Origin: Longivirga aurantiaca
GTDB taxonomy: Bacteria > Actinomycetota > Actinomycetes > S36-B12 > CAIYMF01
NCBI RefSeq assembly: GCF_042660085.1
Contig: NZ_JBHSTI010000002.1
Span: 420,001-452,000 of the forward strand
Direction: 5' to 3'
DNA: 32,000 nt
Shown here piece by piece: positions 1 to 9,538 of this stretch (position 1 is its first letter; each line of letters begins with the position of its first letter). A program made the position numbers and the translations under genes. The notes under the pieces are model-generated. The model was not told where the DNA came from, made no database searches, and worked only from the letters and a program-made list of their open reading frames with translations.

Positions 1-1
1 G

Positions 2-2020
2 GTCAGCGTCGGCGTCGGCCTGGCGTTCATCCCGATCGGCGCGCTGATGGCGGGGCTCTCGCTTGCCGACTCGGCCTCGTTCGCGATCGGCCTCATCGTC
101 GCGAACGTCCCCGAGGGGCTGCTCCCCACGATCACGCTCGCGCTCGCCGTGGCCGTCCGCGAGCTGGCGCGCAAGGGGGCGCTCGTCAAGCGGCTCTCCG
201 CGGTCGAGACCCTCGGCGCCACGAGCGTCATCTGCACCGACAAGACCGGCACCTTGACCGAGAACCGCATGCACGCGGTGCTCGTGTGGACCACGTCCGG
301 CGAGCAGTGGCTCGGCGGCGCCCCCATGGCCGACGCCGAGTTCGCGCCGCTGCGCCGGCTCGCCGAGGTGCTCGCGTCCTGCAACACCGCCGAGCTCGCG
401 CCGGACGATCCGGCGCGACCCGACGCAGGTCCGGCCGGCACGGGCGACCCCACCGAGGTCGCGCTCCTCGCCGCTGCCCGCGTGATCGGCGCCGACGTCG
501 ACCCGCGGCCGCGCGAGGCCGCCCGGCGGGCGATGTTCCACTTCGACCCCGGCCGCAGGCTCATGACCACCGTCGACGACGTCGGCTCCCGCACCGTCGT
601 GCACACCAAGGGAGCGCCGGAGGAGGTGCTCGCGCGCAGCGCCGCGCTGCTCGACGACCACGGCACCGAGGTGCCGCTCGACGATGCGCGGCGCGAGCTC
701 GTCCTGGCGGCGACCCAGCGGTACGCGGCACGCGGTCTGCGCCTCATCGCCGCCGGCTACCGCGAGCTCGACGGCGGCGACGTGCCGCAGGAGCGGGACG
801 ACGCCGAGCGGGGCCTGGTGCTCACCGGCTTCGTCGCGCTGCTCGACCCTGCGCGCCCCGAGGTGCGGACCGCCGTGGATCGCTGCCACACCGCGGGGAT
901 CCGCGTCATCGTGCTCACCGGAGACCACCGGCTCACCGCGGGCGAGGTGGCACGCGAGGTGGGCATCGGCGGCCCGGACCTCCTCCCCGTGAACGCCTCC
1001 GAGCTCGACGCCCTCACCGACGACGAGTTCGACGCCCTCCTCGCCGGCGGCCGCGAGATGGTCATCGCTCGCTCGTCGCCGGAGATGAAGATGCGCGTGG
1101 CCGAGTCGCTGCAGTCGGGCGGTCACGTCGTCGCGATGACGGGCGACGGCGTCAACGACGCGCCCGCGCTGCGTCGTGCGGACATCGGCGTCGCCATGGG
1201 CCGGAGCGGGACCGACGTGGCCCGCGAGGCGGCCACGATGGTGCTCACCGACGACAACTTCAACACGATCGCGCAGGCGGTCGAGTCGGGCCGTCGCGTC
1301 TACGACAACGTCCGCAAGTTCGTGCTCTACATCTTCGCCCACGCCACTCCGGAGGTCGTGCCCTTCCTGGTGTTCGCGCTGTCGGGCGGGCGCGTGCCGC
1401 TGCCGATCACGGTGCTGCAGATCCTCTGCATCGACATCGGCACCGAGACGCTGCCGGCCCTGGCTCTCGGCCGGGAGCAGGCCGAGCCGGGCCTCATGCA
1501 CCAGCCGCCGCGGCCCAGCGGCGAGAAGCTCATCCGTGGCGCGCTGCTGCTGCGCGGGTGGCTGCTCCTGGGTGGGGTGAGCGCCGTCCTCGTCACTGGC
1601 GCCTTCTTCTGGACCTTGCTCGCCGGCGGCTGGAGCCCGGGCGCCGACGTCAGCGTCGGAGCGCCTCTGCACGACGTCTACCTCCAGGCCACGACGATGA
1701 CCTTCCTCGGGATCGTCGCCTGCCAGGTGGGCACGGCCTTCGCCGCGCGCACCGACCGCGCCTCGCTGTGGTCGATCGGGGTGCTGTCCAACCGCCTGCT
1801 GCTCTGGGGCATCGCCTTCGAGCTCGCGTTCGCCGCGCTCGTCGTGCTGGTCCCGGGCGTGAGCGACGTCCTCGGCATGGCCGCACCCCCCGTCGAGCAG
1901 GTGGCTGTGCTCCCGCTGTTCGCGGTGGTCGTGTGGGGCGTGGACGAGGTGGTGCGCTGGGTGCGCCGAACGCTCGACACGCGCCGGGAGGGCGCGGCGG
2001 TGGGGAGCGCGGGCGGATGA
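2..2020 (+). CDS. Cation-translocating P-type ATPase (C-terminal portion, 5' end outside window)
   Basis: Frame is open from the window edge ([23 protein letters not shown]...). Contains NVPEGLLPT, the phosphorylation motif [14 protein letters not shown] and the hinge [22 protein letters not shown]. Confidence 0.96.
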   Translation, partial: VSVGVGLAFIPIGALMAGLSLADSASFAIGLIVANVPEGLLPTITLALAVAVRELARKGALVKRLSAVETLGATSVICTDKTGTLTENRMHAVLVWTTSGEQWLGGAPMADAEFAPLRRLAEVLASCNTAELAPDDPARPDAGPAGTGDPTEVALLAAARVIGADVDPRPREAARRAMFHFDPGRRLMTTVDDVGSRTVVHTKGAPEEVLARSAALLDDHGTEVPLDDARRELVLAATQRYAARGLRLIAAGYRELDGGDVPQERDDAERGLVLTGFVALLDPARPEVRTAVDRCHTAGIRVIVLTGDHRLTAGEVAREVGIGGPDLLPVNASELDALTDDEFDALLAGGREMVIARSSPEMKMRVAESLQSGGHVVAMTGDGVNDAPALRRADIGVAMGRSGTDVAREAATMVLTDDNFNTIAQAVESGRRVYDNVRKFVLYIFAHATPEVVPFLVFALSGGRVPLPITVLQILCIDIGTETLPALALGREQAEPGLMHQPPRPSGEKLIRGALLLRGWLLLGGVSAVLVTGAFFWTLLAGGWSPGADVSVGAPLHDVYLQATTMTFLGIVACQVGTAFAARTDRASLWSIGVLSNRLLLWGIAFELAFAALVVLVPGVSDVLGMAAPPVEQVAVLPLFAVVVWGVDEVVRWVRRTLDTRREGAAVGSAGG

Positions 2021-2223
2021 GCGCAGCGAACCGCCCCGGGATGGGTGGAGGCTCGGTTCTCCCGGCTGGAGGGCGGTCCTGCGCCGGCATGGCCGTGTCA
2101 GGCGACGTGAAACGCGACGATGACCAGCGTGCAGCCTCACTGCTGTGAGGCCCTAAACTACGTACCTACCCAGCAAAGTTCCTGGTCAGAGCCCTGCGGG
2201 GTTGTCTCCAGGGTCTTGCCTAC

Positions 2224-2296
2224 GCCCTCGTAGCTCAGGGGATAGAGCATCGGTTTCCTAAACCGTGTGTCGCAGGTTCGAATCCTGCCGGGGGCA
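2224..2296 (+). tRNA. tRNA-Arg (anticodon CCT)
   Basis: Cloverleaf: acceptor GCCCTCG/CGGGGGC, D-stem GCTC/GAGC, anticodon loop TTCCTAA, T-arm GCAGG-TTCGAAT-CCTGC. 3' CCA is not encoded. Position 27-43 is a U-U mismatch. Confidence 0.93.
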
Positions 2297-2463
2297 CCGA
2301 CTTCCACTCGGCCGAAGGCCGCCGTCTGGAGGTGCCCCCTCCTCTGATTCGGGAGGAGCTCGACGCTGCCCCGCGCCGAAGGCGCCCGCCCGGCCCCGCG
2401 GCGACGGATCCTGCCGGGGCAGTGAGAGATGGTCACGACCTCACGGCCGCTTAGGGTCGGCCC

Positions 2464-3450
2464 ATGGCTCAGGTACGGCTCTTCGGCGACGAGGTCCTCG
2501 CCCAGGGCCTGCGCGACCTGCTGCGCTCCACGCACCCTGTCGCGGCCGTCGCCGTCGTCACGCCGGCCGGTACGACGGTCGCGTCGTACGGAGCACCGCT
2601 CGAGTCGGAGTTCGAGATCGGGTCGCTGTCCAAGGCCATCACCGGCCTGCTCTACTCCGACGCCCTCGAGCGGGGGATCGTGCAGCCGACCACGCTGCTC
2701 GGCGACGTCCTGCCGCTGCCCGACTGCGACGCTGCGCGCGTCACGCTCGGGTCGCTGGCGACCCACGCGAGCGGCCTGCCCCGCCTGCCGAAGGGCTCGC
2801 AGACGATCACCAAGACGCTCGAGCTGTGGACCCGGGGCACCAACCCGTACGGCGAGACCCTCGGGCAGCTGCTCGAGCAGGCGCAGCGCACCCCGGTCGG
2901 CCAGGTCGGACGGCACTCCTACTCCAACCTCGGCTTCGAGCTGCTCGGCCATGCCGTGGCCGCAGCAGGAGGTACGACGTACCCCGAGCTCCTGCGCGAC
3001 CGGCTCACCGCGCCGCTCGGCCTGGCTGGCACGTACGTCACCGAGACGGTGGACGACCTGCGGGTGAACGCGATCCGTGGCCGAACGCGCAGCGGACGTG
3101 CCCGCGACTCCTGGGTCGGTGAGGCGCTCGCCCCGGCTGGCGCGATCCGTTCCACCGCGGGCGATCTCACCGCGCTCACCGAGGCTCTGCTCAACCGGTC
3201 AGCACCGGGCCTCGAAGCGCTCGACCCGGTCGAGCAGTTCGCCGGCCCGGCCGTGCGCATCGGCGCCGCCTGGATGATCCTCAGCCGCAAGGGCCGCGAC
3301 ATCACCTGGCACAACGGCCAGACCGGGGGCTTCGCCTCGTGGTGGGGCCTCGACCGCGCGGCGGGCACCGGCGTGGTGATCCTCTCCGGCACGTCGGCGA
3401 GCGTCGACCGCCACGGGTTCGAGCTGCTCGAGGCGGTCACGCCCACGTGA
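2464..3450 (+). CDS. Serine hydrolase / class C beta-lactamase-like protein
   Basis: 328 aa. Contains the SxxK motif in EIGSLSKAITG, HSYSNLGFELLG (YxN-like region) and ITWHNGQTGGFASW (HxG-like). Confidence 0.9.
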   Translation: MAQVRLFGDEVLAQGLRDLLRSTHPVAAVAVVTPAGTTVASYGAPLESEFEIGSLSKAITGLLYSDALERGIVQPTTLLGDVLPLPDCDAARVTLGSLATHASGLPRLPKGSQTITKTLELWTRGTNPYGETLGQLLEQAQRTPVGQVGRHSYSNLGFELLGHAVAAAGGTTYPELLRDRLTAPLGLAGTYVTETVDDLRVNAIRGRTRSGRARDSWVGEALAPAGAIRSTAGDLTALTEALLNRSAPGLEALDPVEQFAGPAVRIGAAWMILSRKGRDITWHNGQTGGFASWWGLDRAAGTGVVILSGTSASVDRHGFELLEAVTPT

Positions 3451-3484
3451 CAGCGCCGTCACCGGCACTGGGTACGGTCAGTGC

Positions 3485-3799
3485 ATGACAGGCCCGGACG
3501 ACATCATCACGATCGCGCTGCGCGTCTTCGAGACCGCGCGCGAAGGCCGCACCGCCGAGCTGGTGAAGTACCTCGACGCCGGCGTGCCGGTCGACTTCAC
3601 GAGCCCGAACGGCGACACCCTGCTCATCGTCGCGTCGCACCAGGGCCACCTCGACACCGTGCAGGTGCTCCTCGACCGCGGCGCCGACCACTCCCGGGTC
3701 AACAAGCTGGGCGACACCGCGCTCGACAGTGCCCTGATGCAGAACCACGACGAGGTCGCGCGCGCCCTCCTCAAGGCAGGCGCGGTCCTCGAGCCGTAG
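3485..3799 (+). CDS. Ankyrin-repeat protein
   Basis: 104 aa with repeats of ankyrin type: NGDTLLIVASHQGHLDTVQVLLDRGAD, LGDTALDSALMQNHDEVARALLKAGA. Confidence 0.9.
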   Translation: MTGPDDIITIALRVFETAREGRTAELVKYLDAGVPVDFTSPNGDTLLIVASHQGHLDTVQVLLDRGADHSRVNKLGDTALDSALMQNHDEVARALLKAGAVLEP

Positions 3800-3809
3800 C
3801 CGGGCTCGG

Positions 3810-5570
3810 TCAGTCCTTCTCCCTGGTGAGCGCCCGCCAGACCCAGCTCGAGGCTGCCGGCTCGTCGGACAAGCAGTAAGCCGCCGACGCGTCGACCAGC
3901 AGCGTCGACTCCATCGACCGCCTCGCGGCGGGCCTGCCGGCCAGCAATAGCCGGTCGCCGGCATGCAACCGGTGGTCGTCGGGTGGGGCAAGCGTGGTCC
4001 CGAGGTAGCTGTCGACCATGAGGCAGACCACGTCGAGCGTCGTGTCGCGGTCGAGCGGGTCGCGCAGTAGATCGCCGAGCAGCACGTGGTGGTGCGCCAT
4101 CCGACGTTCCACGGCAGGTGCCTCGGTGGCGTTCACGGCGACCTCCCACAGCTCCGGGGAACCGAAGCCGCAGCGCTCGAGCAGCCGGTCCAGCAGCGCG
4201 GACGCCCAGGCCTGGCCGAGGTGCGCCGTCGACTCCAGGAAGTGCCACAGCATCGGAGCCCCGATGTGGGCGAGCGCCTCCTGAGCCACCACGGTCGTGG
4301 GGACGAGCAGCAGGTCGATGCGCATCGCCTCGAACAGCTCGGTGTTCGACGGCTGGTTCTGCCGGGCCACGACGTACATCGTCGGGTTGGACTTACGGGC
4401 GGCTGCCACGAGCGAGAGGTTCGTGATGTCGTTGTCCGTACCGGCGACGAATCCGACGGCGCGGCCGATGCCGGCGCGCTCGAGGATGTCTCGGCTCGTT
4501 CCGTCTCCGACGATGACGTCGTCGGCGCCCTCGGGGTCGTCGGTGAGTCCGGTGCCGGCGTCGATCACCATGACCTCGAGCTCCTGGCGGCGCAGGTCGC
4601 GGGTCATCTCACGTCCGAAACGGCCGTAGCCGTAGATGATCCAGAGGCCCGGCTCGACGGTCGCGTGCGCCTCGGGCAGCGGAGCGCCGGGGGCGCGGGT
4701 GAGCCAGTTCGACAGCTGCTCCGAGGCGGGGGCGCGCAGAGCGACGGTGAAGTGGTCGCCGAACCTGTCGAACGGGTCGATCACCGTGGGGTTGCCGAAG
4801 GCCCGCATGCGCGCCGTGATCGCCGACGACGAGCTCCGCGCGATCACCGGCAGGTCCGGCCGCAGCACCGTCGCGGCCATCGTGATCGCGAGGTTCGCCT
4901 CGTCGTCGTCGGTCAGCGCCAGGACCCCTGCGCAGCTGGGGTGCTTGAGGCCGGCCTGCACCAGCATCTGGGGATTGCGCGCGTCGGCCACGATGGCCGG
5001 TACGTCGGATCCGTACGACCCGAGGTCGAGGTCGTCGACCGCCTCCTCGCGGTGGTCGACCACGACGAACCGGCGGCCCAGCTCATCGAGCCAGGTGCCG
5101 AGCAGCTCACCGGTCTGCCCGTGGCCGGCCATCAACCAGAAGGGCTCGCGCATCCGGGTGACCGCTCGACGGAACCTCTGCGCGGCGATGGCCTGCTTGA
5201 ACGGGCGGGCCTGGAGCAGGGACAGCAGCGAACCGATCGCGTACGCCCACCCCACGACCGTGAGGTAGATCGACAGGGTCACCCACATCCGCTGCGCGTC
5301 GTTGAAGGGCTGCGGGATCTCGCCGTACCCGATCGTGGTGGCCGTGTAGCTCATGAAGTAGAACGCGTCGAAGAAGCCCATCCGCCATGGGCCGTCCTCG
5401 GACGTCCCCGGTATCAGCGTCAACCCGAGGACGCTGATGGAGAAGATCGTGATGAGGACGATGAACGGGGTCCGCATCCGGCGAAGGACGAGGAACATCG
5501 CCTCGGACGACTGGGGTCCGACGGCCTCGCGCACGCGTGCGTTGCTCGGAGCCTGTTCCAGCCACGACAT
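3810..5570 (-). CDS. Two-TM potassium channel with two tandem TrkA-N/RCK-like NAD-binding domains
   Basis: 586 aa. Selectivity filter TATTIGYGE between two TM segments, followed by two Rossmann regions (LMAGHGQTGELLG and WIIYGYGRFGREM). Confidence 0.93.
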   Translation of the reverse strand: MSWLEQAPSNARVREAVGPQSSEAMFLVLRRMRTPFIVLITIFSISVLGLTLIPGTSEDGPWRMGFFDAFYFMSYTATTIGYGEIPQPFNDAQRMWVTLSIYLTVVGWAYAIGSLLSLLQARPFKQAIAAQRFRRAVTRMREPFWLMAGHGQTGELLGTWLDELGRRFVVVDHREEAVDDLDLGSYGSDVPAIVADARNPQMLVQAGLKHPSCAGVLALTDDDEANLAITMAATVLRPDLPVIARSSSSAITARMRAFGNPTVIDPFDRFGDHFTVALRAPASEQLSNWLTRAPGAPLPEAHATVEPGLWIIYGYGRFGREMTRDLRRQELEVMVIDAGTGLTDDPEGADDVIVGDGTSRDILERAGIGRAVGFVAGTDNDITNLSLVAAARKSNPTMYVVARQNQPSNTELFEAMRIDLLLVPTTVVAQEALAHIGAPMLWHFLESTAHLGQAWASALLDRLLERCGFGSPELWEVAVNATEAPAVERRMAHHHVLLGDLLRDPLDRDTTLDVVCLMVDSYLGTTLAPPDDHRLHAGDRLLLAGRPAARRSMESTLLVDASAAYCLSDEPAASSWVWRALTREKD

Positions 5571-5578
5571 GGCCCGGC

Positions 5579-5965
5579 CTACCGACGTCGGTAGGAGACG
5601 GTCTCGACGACGAGCAGCACGACCGAGACCAGGTTGGCCAGCAGGGCGCCTGCGGAGAGCGAGACGACGCTCGCCATCGCCTCGGGGGTGATGCCCTCGG
5701 GGCTTACGTTGTTGGCGTAGACCAGGACGACGGCTGCCGCGATGAGCTGGAGGTCGGCGACCAGGCTCGTCGCGAGGTGGACCGCACCGATCTGGGTGCG
5801 GTCGCCGAACTTGAGCACGGTGGCGATCAAGTTGACGATCACCGCGGCGAAGAGCTCGTACCGGTTGTGCACCGACGGGTCGTCGATGTCCCCGATGAAG
5901 AAGCCGAAGTTGAGCGTCGCGGCGAGGAGCACGAAGAACCCGAAGATCACTTTCTCGAGGTTCAC
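5579..5965 (-). CDS. Small multi-TM membrane protein, probable operon partner of the K+ channel (family I associate with DUF6394)
   Basis: VNLEKVIFGFFVLLAATLNFGFFIGDIDDPSVHNRYELFAAVIVNLIATVLKFGDRTQIGAVHLATSLVADLQLIAAA. GTG start with upstream GGAGG. Ends 8 nt before the channel start. The ORF track's extension to 6841 is an artefact. Confidence 0.85.
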   Translation of the reverse strand: MNLEKVIFGFFVLLAATLNFGFFIGDIDDPSVHNRYELFAAVIVNLIATVLKFGDRTQIGAVHLATSLVADLQLIAAAVVLVYANNVSPEGITPEAMASVVSLSAGALLANLVSVVLLVVETVSYRRR

Positions 5966-6223
5966 AGTCACTCCTCCGGCCTGCGTGGTTCCCGTTGCCC
6001 CGATGCTAGGGACACGGAGGGCGGTCGTCGGTGCGCCTCGCCGCCCGGGCTCTACCGTCGGCCTGCTTCTGCTCGGCCGGATGGCGCAGGGCTGCGACCG
6101 GCCCCCCGAGTCGACCCTCGCCACGGTGGCCTGGCTCGAGGCGCACGTCCACGTCGACCCCGCGCTGGCTGCCCGGGTCCGATCACTCTCGGCATGAGGT
6201 GGCCGAAGGGCTAGCCTCCCGCC

Positions 6224-6853
6224 ATGGCCGGCGCCCTCCTCCTCGACCTCGACCGCACCCTCGTCAACGTCCAGCTGTTCACCGACTACGACGCAGCCTG
6301 AGCCGACGTCGTGCAGCTCGTGGGCGAGCATCCCGTCGACCTCGGTCTCGACACCGGATGGACGTCGGCGACGCGTGCCTGCATGGCGATCCTCGGCGAC
6401 CTCCCCGCCGGCGAGCTCTGGACCGCGGTCGACCGCGCCATCGCGGTGCACGAGCATGCGGCAGTCGACCGGTCGGTCACCATGCCCGGGGCCACGCAGT
6501 TCGTCGAGGTCACTGCCGACCGACCGACCGCCGTCGTCACGCTGCTGCCGCCCGACGTCGCGGCCGCGGTGCTCGCGAGGCACGGCATGGCGATCGACGT
6601 CGTGGTCGGGCGCGACCCCGTCGTACGGCCCAAGCCCAGCGGTGACGGTCTGCGTACGGCGCTCGAGCTCCTCGGCGAGGACGCCGCGACCGCCGTGATG
6701 GTGGGCGACTCGTCGTGGGACGCCGCGGCCGCGCGCGATGCCGGGGTCCGCTTCGTGGGCGTGCACGCGCCGAGGTCCGAGTTCGTGGACGTGGACCCGC
6801 AGGCTCCGGTGTGCTCGAGCCTCGCCGACGTCCTCCTGCACGTCTCCCGCTGA
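6224..6853 (+). pseudogene. HAD-family hydrolase interrupted by an in-frame TGA at codon 26
   Basis: ATG 6224: MAGALLLDLDRTLVNVQLFTDYDAA-TGA(6299-6301)-ADVVQLVGEH... continues in the same frame to 6853, with HAD motifs II-IV (VVTLLP..., VVRPKPSGDG, VMVGDSSWDAAAARDAG). Confidence 0.8.
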
Positions 6854-6857
6854 GCGG

Positions 6858-7487
6858 TCAGCCTGCGGTCGCGACGTCCACGACCAGCCGCGGCGGGCCG
6901 GACAGCTCGGTCACGACGAACGGCGCCTCGCCGTCGACGCCGAGCACCCAGCTGAGCACCGCCTCGAAGTCGCCGGTGCGCACCGCCTCGGTCACCCGCA
7001 CGGTGTCGCCCGTGACGCGGTCGGGGCCGGTGTACGTCGGCTCGTCCGGCGCGCCGACGAGGTCCCAGCCCGAGGACGGCTCGAGCCTGATCCAGAGGAC
7101 CGCGCTCCCCTCCACCTCGACGAGGTCGCCGGACGGGTCGGCGGTGGGCGACCCGGAGATGTACGAGACCTGGTAGCCGGGGACCGCGTCACGGAACTCG
7201 AGCACGAACCGGTCGTAGCCGGGATGGCCCGCGAGCCGGACGGAGGTGAGCAGGCCGAACCCGTCGTCGCCCGGCGGCCGCGACACCGGCGTCGTCGCGG
7301 CACCCGGAAGCGTCGGCGTCGGCTCGGGGACAGGGGTGGTCGTGCTCACGCTCGGCGACGGCGACGGCGACGGCGACGTCGATCCGCTGGGCCCGGGGGC
7401 GGGCGAGCCGCACGACGAGAGGACGAGCGCGAGCGAGAGCGCCGTCGCGGCCTGCGCGGCGGTCCGGAACACCCCGGACGTCCCCAC
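6858..7487 (-). CDS. Secreted lipoprotein with Ser/Pro-repeat linker and AMIN-like beta domain
   Basis: Signal peptide with lipobox (ALSLALVLSSC), linker GPSGSTSPSPSPSPSVSTTTPVPEPTPTLP, then a beta-rich domain. GTG start at 7487 or 7472 is uncertain. Confidence 0.78.
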   Translation of the reverse strand: MGTSGVFRTAAQAATALSLALVLSSCGSPAPGPSGSTSPSPSPSPSVSTTTPVPEPTPTLPGAATTPVSRPPGDDGFGLLTSVRLAGHPGYDRFVLEFRDAVPGYQVSYISGSPTADPSGDLVEVEGSAVLWIRLEPSSGWDLVGAPDEPTYTGPDRVTGDTVRVTEAVRTGDFEAVLSWVLGVDGEAPFVVTELSGPPRLVVDVATAG

Positions 7488-7613
7488 TCCTTCGACGGTA
7501 CGCCGCTCGACCGGCGGTGTCTCCCGGCCGGTGCTCCCCGGCCCCGCCTGTGGTGTGGTGTGCTGTGATGCCCCGGCAGAGGCCCGGGGTCGGGAACAGG
7601 ACGGAGCGTCAGG

Positions 7614-8174
7614 GTGCTCGAGGAGCGCTTCGCGGGGGTGCTGGCGGGAGCCGCAGCCGGCGACGAGCGAGCCTTCGACGCGCTCTACCGCGACCTGCAC
7701 CCCGCCTTGCTGCGCTACCTCCGCTCGCTGCACTGGGAGCTGGCCGAGGACTCGGCGTCCGAGGCCTGGATCGAGGTCGCGCGCGGTGTCAGCGCGTTCG
7801 TCGGGCCCGAGAAGGCCTTCCGCTCGTGGGTGTTCGCCATCGCGCGGCGCAAGCTCATCGACCGCATCCGCTACGAGACCCGCCGGCCCGGTGCCTCCTT
7901 CGACGACGTCCCGGACGCCGGCCCATCGGTGCCGGATGTCGCAGAGCTGGTCCTCGAGAAGGACGCGACCACGCACGCTCTCGCCCTCATCCGCACCTTG
8001 CCGCGCGATCAGGGCGAGGCCGTGATGCTGCGCGTGGTCGTGGGCATGGACCACGCGGAGATCGCCGAGGTCATGGGACGTACGCCCGGAGCCGTGCGCG
8101 TCCTCGTCCACCGGGGGCTGCGACGCCTGGAGCGAGAGCTCACCGAACGTGGACTTCGGAGCGTAACGCCATGA
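7614..8174 (+). CDS. ECF-type RNA polymerase sigma factor
   Basis: 186 aa. Region 2 (RAFDALYRDLHPALLRYLRS...ASEAWIEV...FRSWVFAIARRKLIDRIR) and region 4 (IRTLPRDQGEAVMLRVVVGMDHAEIAEVMGRTPGAVRVLVHRGLRRLE). Confidence 0.93.
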   Translation: MLEERFAGVLAGAAAGDERAFDALYRDLHPALLRYLRSLHWELAEDSASEAWIEVARGVSAFVGPEKAFRSWVFAIARRKLIDRIRYETRRPGASFDDVPDAGPSVPDVAELVLEKDATTHALALIRTLPRDQGEAVMLRVVVGMDHAEIAEVMGRTPGAVRVLVHRGLRRLERELTERGLRSVTP

Positions 8175-9022
8175 GCACATACGGCGTTCTCCCCCCGGAC
8201 GGTTCAGGGGATGAGCCGCAGGAGCTGGAGGCTTCGATGGATCTCTCCGAGCTGTTCGGGGCCTTGAGCGCGCCGGGCACCGAGGACGAGCTGGCGCACG
8301 CCGACACCGCGGTGGCCGCGATGGTCGCCGCGCACGCGCAGTCCGCCGGGGTCGTCGTCCCGCTCCGCTCGGTCAATCGCCGGCCCGCTCTTGTCGCCGT
8401 GGGTTCCGTCCTCGGCGTCATGGGCGCCGTCCTCCTCACGGGCACCGCCGCCGCGGCCTTCTCGGGCGCACTGCCCGAGAACCTGCAGCGGATCGCGCAC
8501 GAGGTGCTCGGCGCCCCCGCGCCCACGCCCCTCGGCCCGGACTCCAGCTCTGACGGGACCGACGGCACCGAGGGGTCGGCCGACGGGACGTCGTCGCGCG
8601 GGCAGTCGGAGTTCACCGACACCCCGAGCAGCAACGGCTCCGGCCCCGCCGCCACGCTCGACGCGAAGGCGCTCCTCGGCCTCTGCATCGCGTTCGCCGA
8701 CAACGGCCCGGACGACCAGAGCGGCGAGTCGGTCGCCTTCAAGGTGCTCTCGGAGGCCGCCTCGGCCAACGACCAGACGATCGAGGAGTACTGCGCGCCC
8801 ATCCTCGCCACGAAGTCGCCGGGCAAGCCGACCGCTGCACCCGGCAAGCCCACGTCAAACCCGGGAGCCACCACCAAGCCCACCGCGGCCCCGGGGCGGA
8901 CCAACGCTGCGACCACTCCGCCCGGGAGCACGCGCAAGCCCACCGCCCAGACCGTGGGCCCGGACGGCCGACCCAGCACTCCGCCCCAGCAGACGCGCGC
9001 GCCGAGCACCAGCGGCCGCTGA
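8171..9022 (+). CDS. Single-TM protein coupled to ECF sigma factor (possible non-canonical anti-sigma factor)
   Basis: 283 aa. ATGA overlap with the sigma gene, one TM segment (LVAVGSVLGVMGAVLLTGTAAAAF), and an S/T/P/K-rich C-terminal region. Confidence 0.8.
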   Translation: MSTYGVLPPDGSGDEPQELEASMDLSELFGALSAPGTEDELAHADTAVAAMVAAHAQSAGVVVPLRSVNRRPALVAVGSVLGVMGAVLLTGTAAAAFSGALPENLQRIAHEVLGAPAPTPLGPDSSSDGTDGTEGSADGTSSRGQSEFTDTPSSNGSGPAATLDAKALLGLCIAFADNGPDDQSGESVAFKVLSEAASANDQTIEEYCAPILATKSPGKPTAAPGKPTSNPGATTKPTAAPGRTNAATTPPGSTRKPTAQTVGPDGRPSTPPQQTRAPSTSGR

Positions 9023-9035
9023 CGCGGCCGCCCGG

Positions 9036-9512
9036 CTACTCGGGCTCGGTCACGTCCGCCACGACCGCGGCGGTGGCCTCGATGAGCGGCAGCGCCTGCA
9101 CGGCGATCGCCACCTCGTGCGACCCCGACCCCAGCGTGATCTCGCCGCGCGAGGCCAGGACGACGTCGGCGACGACCGGCCATGCCGTGCTTGATCCGAG
9201 CGGGGTGATCGTGCCGCGCACGAACCCGGTCGCCTCGAAGGCCTCCTCGGCCGGCGGCATCGACAGCCGCGAGACGCCGAGCAGGGCGCGCAGCTTCGGC
9301 CACGAGATGGAGCGGCCGCCGGGCACCAGCACGAACAGGTAGTCGCCGTCCCCGCGTCGTACGACGAGGGTCTTGACTACGTCCACCACGTCCACGCCTC
9401 GCGCGGCGGCGGCCTCGGCCAGCGAGCGCACGGGTGCGGTGTGCACGAGCACCCGGTAGTCGAGGCCGAGCGACTCGAGGGCGGCGAGGACGGACGGCGC
9501 GGGGCTGGTCAT
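9036..9512 (-). CDS. YbaK/EbsC-type aminoacyl-tRNA deacylase
   Basis: 158 aa. LVHTAPVRSLAEAAAARGV...VVKTLVVRRGDGDYLFVLVPGGRSISWPKLRALLG...FVRGTITPLG. Confidence 0.9.
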   Translation of the reverse strand: MTSPAPSVLAALESLGLDYRVLVHTAPVRSLAEAAAARGVDVVDVVKTLVVRRGDGDYLFVLVPGGRSISWPKLRALLGVSRLSMPPAEEAFEATGFVRGTITPLGSSTAWPVVADVVLASRGEITLGSGSHEVAIAVQALPLIEATAAVVADVTEPE

Positions 9513-9538
9513 GCGGCGATCAAACCACCAGGCGCCGG

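Noticed and set aside
2021-2300. tRNA-Arg as a possible phage/ICE attachment site
   Set aside because: No integrase, no direct repeat of the tRNA 3' end seen downstream in the window, and the flanking genes look like core chromosome.
2158-2952. Minus-strand 264-aa ORF containing GRIRTCDTRFRKPMLYPLSYEG
   Set aside because: This peptide is the antisense translation of tRNA-Arg(CCT) at 2224-2296, a well-known spurious annotation. The rest is antisense to the serine hydrolase.
6299-6301. Selenocysteine interpretation of the in-frame TGA
   Set aside because: The position is not a known HAD catalytic residue and no convincing SECIS-like hairpin was evident just downstream. I keep it only as a low-probability alternative in the finding.
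5966-6841. N-terminal extension of the 420-aa ORF 5579-6841
   Set aside because: The extension is antisense to the HAD gene and Arg/Gly-rich. The real small membrane protein begins at a GTG with GGAGG at 5965.
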